Shown here in pieces: positions 57,783-64,000 of a stretch of DNA of 64,000 bases. Source of the DNA: Thermotogota bacterium (GTDB lineage Bacteria > Thermotogota > Thermotogae > MWEM01); assembly GCA_036743375.1 (NCBI GenBank), contig DAINPP010000001.1:80154-144153 (forward strand). Direction: 5' to 3'. Position numbers and translations under genes: made by a program. The notes under the pieces were generated by a model that was not told where the DNA came from, made no database searches, and worked only from the letters and a program-made list of their open reading frames with translations. The first letter of the stretch is position 1. Every line of letters begins with the position of its first letter.

Positions 57783-58679
57783 TCATCTTAATCCTGATAA
57801 TTTCACGATTTCATTAACCTGCTTCCAGCGATTCATCGTATACAAATGAAACCTTGTGATTCCATTCCGTTTTAGTTCTTCTATCTGTTTGACAGCGTAT
57901 TCTATTCCAAATTTCTCCATCTCTTCGGGTTTATCTTTGTATAATTCTATTTTTTCGTTCAAATCCTTGGGGATAGTTGCACCGGAAAGTGAGACAATTT
58001 TCCGAATCTGCTCAGCCCTGAGTATTGGCATTATCCCTGGAATAATTGGCATGTGCATCCCCGAATCCTCTACCTGATCCAGAAATTTAAAATACAGATC
58101 ATTGTTAAAAAAAAGTTGTGTGATAAAGAAATCGGCTCCCGCTTCGACTTTCACTTTCAAATGATCAACACTTATTTTCATATCCTTACAATCCTGATGT
58201 CCTTCTGGATAGGCCGCAGCTCCGATACAAAATCTCCCGTCGGATTTGATGACTGAAATAAGATCCTTCGCAAATTCAAAATCACACCAGGCCCCATACG
58301 GAAACGTAACATTCTGTGGAATATCTCCACGCAAAGCAAGGATGTTGCGAACTCCTTTATCGTATAATTTATCGAGAATTTCACCGATATCTTTTTTAGT
58401 GTATCCGACCGCCGTCAGATGGGCAAGCGCAACGGTTCCTTCATGACTTCCCATTTCGTGACGGTTTTCTATATATTCGGAAATCTCCACGGCCTTTCCC
58501 TTGTTTGTCCCTCCGGGGCCATAAGTTACACTGATGAAGTCTGGATTTAAATCGGTCAGTCTATTTATCGTTTGCTTTATTATCTCAAATTGTTTTTTCT
58601 GCCCTTTTTTAGGCGGGTAAACCTCGAAAGAAACGGAATCCCCTTTTCTTTGAAATATATCACTAATTCTACCTGTCAT
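57783..58679 (-). CDS. metF: Methylenetetrahydrofolate reductase
   Basis: SFEVYPPK N-terminal signature and TIM-barrel MTHFR pattern. Confidence 0.85.
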   Translation of the reverse strand: MTGRISDIFQRKGDSVSFEVYPPKKGQKKQFEIIKQTINRLTDLNPDFISVTYGPGGTNKGKAVEISEYIENRHEMGSHEGTVALAHLTAVGYTKKDIGEILDKLYDKGVRNILALRGDIPQNVTFPYGAWCDFEFAKDLISVIKSDGRFCIGAAAYPEGHQDCKDMKISVDHLKVKVEAGADFFITQLFFNNDLYFKFLDQVEDSGMHMPIIPGIMPILRAEQIRKIVSLSGATIPKDLNEKIELYKDKPEEMEKFGIEYAVKQIEELKRNGITRFHLYTMNRWKQVNEIVKLSGLR

Positions 58680-59211
58680 TCATTTCCTCCATTAATGTAT
58701 TGGAATACCAACCAATCATACAAACGGTACTCTTCTGTGGAATCAAAACGCCTGATTTGATATGGGCAGAAATCTTCTCCGCATTTAACAAGGCAATTAT
58801 CTTTATATTCTCCAGCAGGGAGACTTCGCCATACCCCGGTGAAAATCTCATGGTCCCTTCTCCATATTTTCGTCGCAACAGGATATCGTATTGATTATTT
58901 ATCTCCTCTACTGATTCAGAACCCCATGCATCCAGTAAAGAAGCCCTTAGTATCTCTCCCCTGTTCTGATAATCATCTATCCGATCATCAATTTCGGAAC
59001 CAATCGTACTGCAGAAATAGGTGAGATATTTTATTCCGTTAAATTTTTCAGGGATAATCATCGTATTCAGATTGCTTATTTTAAAAGTATCACTGTACAC
59101 AACACTTTCAACAAGATTCATCCCCTCAATATAAACCTGATTTACAATATCTCTCATATTTTCATCAAAATGACTTGTCTTCCCGTGAAACCCAGCCCTT
59201 AATAAAAACAA
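58669..59211 (-). CDS. Standalone MetH reactivation (AdoMet-binding activation) domain protein
   Basis: RFSPGYGE, the AdoMet-binding RxxPGYG motif of the MetH activation domain. About 180 aa. Adjacent to metF-metH. Confidence 0.65.
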   Translation of the reverse strand: MFLLRAGFHGKTSHFDENMRDIVNQVYIEGMNLVESVVYSDTFKISNLNTMIIPEKFNGIKYLTYFCSTIGSEIDDRIDDYQNRGEILRASLLDAWGSESVEEINNQYDILLRRKYGEGTMRFSPGYGEVSLLENIKIIALLNAEKISAHIKSGVLIPQKSTVCMIGWYSNTLMEEMNDR

Positions 59212-59272
59212 TTTTTTTGCCGGAAGACTTTCTTTTTTTAATGGATGATATATATACGAAATAATATTACTC

Positions 59273-60298
59273 CTAAAATAAGATCAAAACGACTACAATA
59301 ACAACTATTGCCAGAAGCAATAATATTGTCCCCACCATTATGAAATCAATCAGTCTTTCTTTTTCTTCAATAGCTTCTTCATCCCTTTTTACAGATCCGC
59401 CTTTCATCAATGTCTGTAAAAAATTCTTATCTTTATCCGGAGCCTCATTTAACAACTTTTTATGCTGCTTATCTTTCATAATCCTCATACTCGAAACAAT
59501 AATGGTCTTAGCTTCAAACCATTCATCGATAATGACCTTTATCAACATCGTTCCTTTTCCGTTTGAAAGGAATTCTCTTGCAGTAATATAAGCTTCAAAC
59601 GGTTTGATATTATTCCCATCTCCGTCAAACTTCTCAGGAAACAATGACACTAATCTTTCTCTATCCGATTCATTCGGGAAGTTCATAATACTGACATAAA
59701 TCATCTCTCCGACTTTAACGGTAGATATGGGATTTCCTTCCATAGGATCGACAATCGGGTAAAAATCAGGCAATTCAAGCAGGTCGTTTCTCCTGTTCGC
59801 GTAATTGGCGGCAGATTCCGCATCAATCTGACTCCCAGCTTTTAAAGCCTCGCCCGAACTCATCTCGGTATAAGTAGAATGCTCAAAATCAAACTTGATG
59901 TTTACTTCGCTTGTCCATTCATTAAAGAGCTCCTTAAGTTCTATTCTTATGGCCGACGAATCGCCTGTCGAAATCAAGGCACCTAATTTCTTACTGAAAG
60001 AAGTCCGGCCACCTTTTTTATTGATATATGTCTTGATATAATTCGTGAAATCATTTGATTTTGTAATCACATCTCCGGTTCTTGACAAGAGTTCTTTATA
60101 AACTATATTCAGTTTTTCACGAAAGTCGTTTATATCATCTTCTACATTAATCTTCGCAAAATTTTTAAATCTTCTTGCAAAAGTGACAAACTGAAAGTCT
60201 ATACGACCATCGACTTTTCCAAAAAAATAACCGATTATGATTTCATCAGACGACTGACTCTCAGCGTATAACTTGATTGTATAAAAATCAAAATCCAT
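59273..60298 (-). CDS. Tail-anchored hypothetical protein
   Basis: 341 aa with a single C-terminal TM helix (ILLLLAIVVIVVVLILF). No known motif. Confidence 0.45.
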   Translation of the reverse strand: MDFDFYTIKLYAESQSSDEIIIGYFFGKVDGRIDFQFVTFARRFKNFAKINVEDDINDFREKLNIVYKELLSRTGDVITKSNDFTNYIKTYINKKGGRTSFSKKLGALISTGDSSAIRIELKELFNEWTSEVNIKFDFEHSTYTEMSSGEALKAGSQIDAESAANYANRRNDLLELPDFYPIVDPMEGNPISTVKVGEMIYVSIMNFPNESDRERLVSLFPEKFDGDGNNIKPFEAYITAREFLSNGKGTMLIKVIIDEWFEAKTIIVSSMRIMKDKQHKKLLNEAPDKDKNFLQTLMKGGSVKRDEEAIEEKERLIDFIMVGTILLLLAIVVIVVVLILF

Positions 60299-60340
60299 AA
60301 ACGTCTCCTGTCAAATAGTATTCTATCTTAAGAGATTATA

Positions 60341-61111
60341 TCATGAATCGGTTCCGTTGATTTTTAAATTCAGACTTTTTTTTGATGAACCCGGAATCAG
60401 ACTAACTTCTTCCGATTTTGTCACACAGAAATTCAAAATCTCTCTTTTATCGTTAAAATGATACCGCGAATAGATAAAAAATGCATCAAATAAATCTCCA
60501 CTCCCCACCGTGTAGGGTAATTTTTTACCGTTCCCGGGAACAAAAATACCATCCCATAAGGCTCCATTGACTCCCTTTTTCACAATATTGCACTCACTGT
60601 TCACCGCCTCTGCTTCATTCCCGATGACTATCATATGATCTCGAATACGCTCAAAGGACCGGTTTCGGTAAGCAGGCCCCAAGTCAACATATACAAAGGC
60701 CCAATTTTTATCCATGATTTCCGACTGAAGCCTCTCATCTGTTTCCGTCGCAAACATCAAACAGATATCATCTGAAGTGTACTCAAAATTCATATTCAGT
60801 AAATCATTTTCCCCGTTAAGGTTTACAGCGAGTGGGCGATTATTTCTCGAAACAAAAAGATTTGTCTCATTCATATTCCGCTGTAAATACCGAAGATTAA
60901 CACCCGACGTATTTAACACCTCAAGGATATAATCCCCGTTTCTGTCATTTCCCAAGCACGAGTGAATATAAGTCTCAAACCCCAAATTGGATAATGCAAC
61001 AGATGCATTTACAGCAGAACCTCCAGCATCCTCAAAAACACGTGATACATGAATGTCCCCACCATATATGAGGATATCTTTAAAACCTCTTCCAAAGACG
61101 TGTATATTCAT
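60341..61111 (-). CDS. PfkB-family carbohydrate kinase-like protein (short)
   Basis: C-terminal GAGD-like anion-hole motif (VGSGDLFDAF) and an N-terminal sugar-binding-like region. 256 aa, shorter than typical ribokinases. Confidence 0.55.
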   Translation of the reverse strand: MNIHVFGRGFKDILIYGGDIHVSRVFEDAGGSAVNASVALSNLGFETYIHSCLGNDRNGDYILEVLNTSGVNLRYLQRNMNETNLFVSRNNRPLAVNLNGENDLLNMNFEYTSDDICLMFATETDERLQSEIMDKNWAFVYVDLGPAYRNRSFERIRDHMIVIGNEAEAVNSECNIVKKGVNGALWDGIFVPGNGKKLPYTVGSGDLFDAFFIYSRYHFNDKREILNFCVTKSEEVSLIPGSSKKSLNLKINGTDS

Positions 61112-62172
61112 TAAATTCCCACTTTAATCAGCTCATATCCTCTTTTTCCCAGTCCTATTTTTTCCGCATGCGCCAACTGTTCAGACCAGTCGGTTCCGGG
61201 ATGAATTTCTGAAAAAGGATCATGTCCCACCTCTTTAATGACAAGATCAATACAAGCCTGATCTAAGGCTACCGGATCTTCACTGACTGCTATTCCAATA
61301 TCCGGTGAAACGGGTATATCGTTAGAACTCCAGCAGTCACAATTCGGAGAAACGTTATTTATAAAAGAGATATGAAAGGATTTTTTATCTTTTAATACGG
61401 CAAGTGTATATTCAGCCATTTTCTTACACAATAAATCGGCAGATGCATCCCATACAGGAACTATCGCCCCATAATTACACATGGCCACACATTGACCACA
61501 TCCTATACATCTCTCGTAATCTATTACGGCAAATTCATCAACAACTATAGCATCAACGGGACAATTCCTTGCGCACAAGGTACATTTTATACAATTTTCT
61601 CTGATAGTTCTCGGTTTTGAAGTTGAATGCTGTTCCAATTTACCGGCCCTTGAAGCACACCCCATCCCAAGATTTTTAATTGCGCCACCAAAACCCGCCT
61701 GTTCATGACCTTTAAAATGGTTAACGGAAATAACCGTATCAGACTGAACAATCGCCGCCCCTACCTTAGCTTCCTTTACAAATTCACCGTTAATCGGGAT
61801 TTTGACTTCATCCGTTCCCCTGAGACCATCCGCGATAATAAGGGGGGCATCCACAACTTGTTTTGCAAAACCGTTAATCACAGCGGTTTCAAGATGATCA
61901 ACCGCATTGGAACGCGATCCCTTGTATAAAGTATTTGCATCGGTTAAAAAGGGTTTTGCAGAACTTTCCTTTATCATGTCCACAATCACCCTCAGATAAT
62001 TTGGTCTGATATACGCCAGATTTCCATATTCTCCAAAGTGGATCTTTATTGCAACAAGTGAATCTTCCGAAAAAGAATTTTTAAAACCGGAAATTTCCAG
62101 CAGATTTCTCAATTTTTTAAGTAAACTTACCCCAGGTTTTGTCCTGAATGTAGTGAAATAAACCTTTGCCAT
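61111..62172 (-). CDS. DUF362-domain protein with a 2x[4Fe-4S] ferredoxin domain
   Basis: CIKCTLCARNCP and CIGCGQCVAMC motifs. Start at the ATG 8 nt after an AAAGGAGAG RBS. Confidence 0.7.
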   Translation of the reverse strand: MAKVYFTTFRTKPGVSLLKKLRNLLEISGFKNSFSEDSLVAIKIHFGEYGNLAYIRPNYLRVIVDMIKESSAKPFLTDANTLYKGSRSNAVDHLETAVINGFAKQVVDAPLIIADGLRGTDEVKIPINGEFVKEAKVGAAIVQSDTVISVNHFKGHEQAGFGGAIKNLGMGCASRAGKLEQHSTSKPRTIRENCIKCTLCARNCPVDAIVVDEFAVIDYERCIGCGQCVAMCNYGAIVPVWDASADLLCKKMAEYTLAVLKDKKSFHISFINNVSPNCDCWSSNDIPVSPDIGIAVSEDPVALDQACIDLVIKEVGHDPFSEIHPGTDWSEQLAHAEKIGLGKRGYELIKVGI

Positions 62173-62283
62173 AATCATCTCTCCTTTCATAACACGTTAT
62201 GGAATTATACCATCACTTTTAATTCCACTCTCAATTCCAATAGGCATGTTATAATTCAAAGTCCGAAATTGTGAGGTGTAAAA

Positions 62284-63096
62284 ATGAAACTATATTTAAT
62301 AAAACAAAAAGCAGGACCCGGAATGTCAAAACGAATGTTTGATACGGTAAGATCCAGAACTGGTATCGACATCAATTACGATAATCTCGTCATCCCCCTC
62401 GATTACTACGATCAGGTTCTTGTCAGATTAAAAGAAGACGACGAAGTTGTCGGTTTTAACGTCACTATTCCATATAAGGTGAAAATCTGCGGAAATGTGA
62501 TACCGGATATTGACGTTCGGAATTGCGGTGCAGTAAATTGCGTAAAGATTGATCATAAAACCGGTGTATTTTACGGGTACAATACGGATTGGAAAGGAAT
62601 TTTCAATCCGTTAAAAAACAGAAAGGTCAATAACGCCATAATAGCGGGAGCCGGTGGAGCAGCAAGGGCTGCATGCTATGCATTGACTAAAATGGACGTG
62701 AAAGATATTTTTCTATTCAATCGTTCTGTAGAAAAAGCAGACTCATTAAAGACTTTTTTCCCACAATTGAAACTGTTACCGCTGGAACGACTTGATGAAT
62801 TTGTCAAATTAAACGGAATTGACCTAATCATCAACACGACACCCCTTGGAATGAATCCAAACCCCTGGACATCCATTCCTATACAGATGGAGACCCTTGA
62901 ACATTGCAGAATCGTATTTGACGCAGTCTATAAGCCATTGAAGACAAAATTACTCGTTTACGCTGAAAAAAGTGGTTGCGAATGTATCAACGGTTTGGAG
63001 ATGCTCATTGATCAGCATATAGAGAACGTCAAGATATGGCAGCTTCCCATGGAAAATGAAATAATAAAGATATTGGAAAGTTTCAAAAGGGCTTAG
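62284..63096 (+). CDS. aroE: Shikimate dehydrogenase
   Basis: NVTIPYK, NTDWKG and GAGGAARA motifs. Confidence 0.8.
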   Translation: MKLYLIKQKAGPGMSKRMFDTVRSRTGIDINYDNLVIPLDYYDQVLVRLKEDDEVVGFNVTIPYKVKICGNVIPDIDVRNCGAVNCVKIDHKTGVFYGYNTDWKGIFNPLKNRKVNNAIIAGAGGAARAACYALTKMDVKDIFLFNRSVEKADSLKTFFPQLKLLPLERLDEFVKLNGIDLIINTTPLGMNPNPWTSIPIQMETLEHCRIVFDAVYKPLKTKLLVYAEKSGCECINGLEMLIDQHIENVKIWQLPMENEIIKILESFKRA

Positions 63097-63182
63097 TTTT
63101 GCCAGATTCTATCGCTTAAAACTCACTATTGTTTTTGCCTTTTAAATGAAGCGAAAATCAATATCATTTCCGGTGTTCTTCA

Positions 63183-63228
63183 AAAAAGACACCGCAAAGG
63201 CAGTTCAAGGCCTCAGCGGTGTCTTTTC
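63183..63228. terminator. Bidirectional intrinsic terminator between the convergent aroE and fur genes
   Basis: Stem AAAGACACCGC ... GCGGTGTCTTT with flanking A- and T-runs. Confidence 0.7.
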
Positions 63229-63246
63229 ATTCATAACGTGAACCCA

Positions 63247-63684
63247 TTATTTTAGGTTTTTATCGCAATTCGCACATTTGCCGTAGAATTTAATGTTATG
63301 ATCATTCGGGATGAAACCCATATCGTCTTTCAGAAGTTTTTCTATCTTTTCCATCAGCTCATCTGATAATGTAATCACTTCTCCACAATCAGTACAAATC
63401 GCATGATGTTTGCCATGTTTGTTGCTATCGGCAAGTTCATACCGGATGATTCCCTCGTCAATCTCTATTTTCCTTAACAGGTCAAGTTCACTTAACAGCT
63501 CTACAGTCCTGTAAACCGTAGCCTTACTTATTCTGGATCTCTTATCGAGTAATTTCCTGTACACTTCTTCTACACTGAGATGATCTTCAGGGGACTCGGC
63601 AAATATCTTCATAATTAACTCCCTTTGTGCCGTTATCCTGAAATTTCTGTTTTTCAGCTCTTTTCTTAAAATATCATTGACCAT
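63247..63684 (-). CDS. Fur-family metalloregulator (Fur/PerR/Zur)
   Basis: Winged HTH (TAQRELIMKIF...SKATVYRTVELL), HHH metal site, and CxxC...CxxC structural Zn site. ATG at 63684 downstream of an AGGAGGTG RBS. Confidence 0.85.
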   Translation of the reverse strand: MVNDILRKELKNRNFRITAQRELIMKIFAESPEDHLSVEEVYRKLLDKRSRISKATVYRTVELLSELDLLRKIEIDEGIIRYELADSNKHGKHHAICTDCGEVITLSDELMEKIEKLLKDDMGFIPNDHNIKFYGKCANCDKNLK

Positions 63685-64000
63685 GCTTTGAAACTGCACC
63701 TCCTAAAATGCTGTATCTTAACTGCTCATAATTGTACCAGTTTTATGTTACTTTAATGACCCAAATGTATTATAATTTGTTTAATTTTTGCTTATGAACC
63801 TTGATATAATGATAGTTCCTACCACATTCAAAACAAGTAATACCAGAACGATATCTAATAAATAAATCAAACCAGATTCGTTTGAATATAATATAAAAAC
63901 AAGTAACAATTTGATCCCGATAGAATTTATCTGAACCAATAAATTCCAAATATCCTTGTATTTGACGGCATGCAATACCTGAAAAAAAATAAGTGCAACA

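Noticed and set aside
11359-63752. TTGTACCA octamer recurring in three promoter-like regions (11359, 11441 reverse, 63743 upstream of fur) as a shared regulon motif
   Set aside because: About two chance occurrences of any 8-mer are expected in 128 kb of two-strand sequence, so the fur-upstream copy is probably coincidental. Only the inverted pair at the ROK promoter is kept as a candidate.
63781-63975. 64-aa hydrophobic ORF at the window end
   Set aside because: No RBS, AT-rich low-complexity translation, and may be truncated by the window. Too weak to call a gene.
1-64000. CRISPR arrays, tRNA/rRNA genes, IS elements, integrases, phage or defence genes
   Set aside because: No regularly spaced direct repeats, no tRNA-like cloverleaf candidates in the short intergenic gaps, and no transposase, integrase or nuclease-type ORFs. 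The window looks like core chromosome.

Overview
Low-GC bacterial chromosomal segment (Firmicutes- or Thermotogae-like gene order and codon usage) that is densely coding on both strands. No rRNA, tRNA, CRISPR array or mobile element was found. Most of the window is housekeeping: pfkA-pyk, smc, rluD, udk, nnr, mutS, miaB, dxs, xseAB, gpsA, bcd-etfBA, a split metH plus metF, aroE, fur, and a conserved yaaR-holB-ricT block. It also carries a cheD-cheB-cheR adaptation module and two tandem MCP genes. The standout region is 8.2-20.4 kb. It holds a divergently arranged sugar ABC importer (binding protein plus two permeases, no ATPase), a ROK regulator, and a tightly packed seven-gene operon. That operon encodes a FucI/AraA-superfamily isomerase, an EamA exporter, an Fe-alcohol dehydrogenase, a split transketolase (N and C halves), a GH31 glycosidase with YihQ-like sulfoquinovosidase motifs, and an RpiB-type isomerase. 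This gene set matches the recently described transketolase-dependent (sulfo-TK) sulfoquinovose degradation route, predicted to end in isethionate export. Here it appears in an unusual lineage with a non-canonical isomerase. Other points worth a second look: a degenerate-GGDEF membrane sensor operon, a truncated MCP paralog, a standalone MetH reactivation domain, a perfect 12-bp palindrome between xseA and a glutaredoxin gene, and a block of three uncharacterized genes upstream of pfkA.
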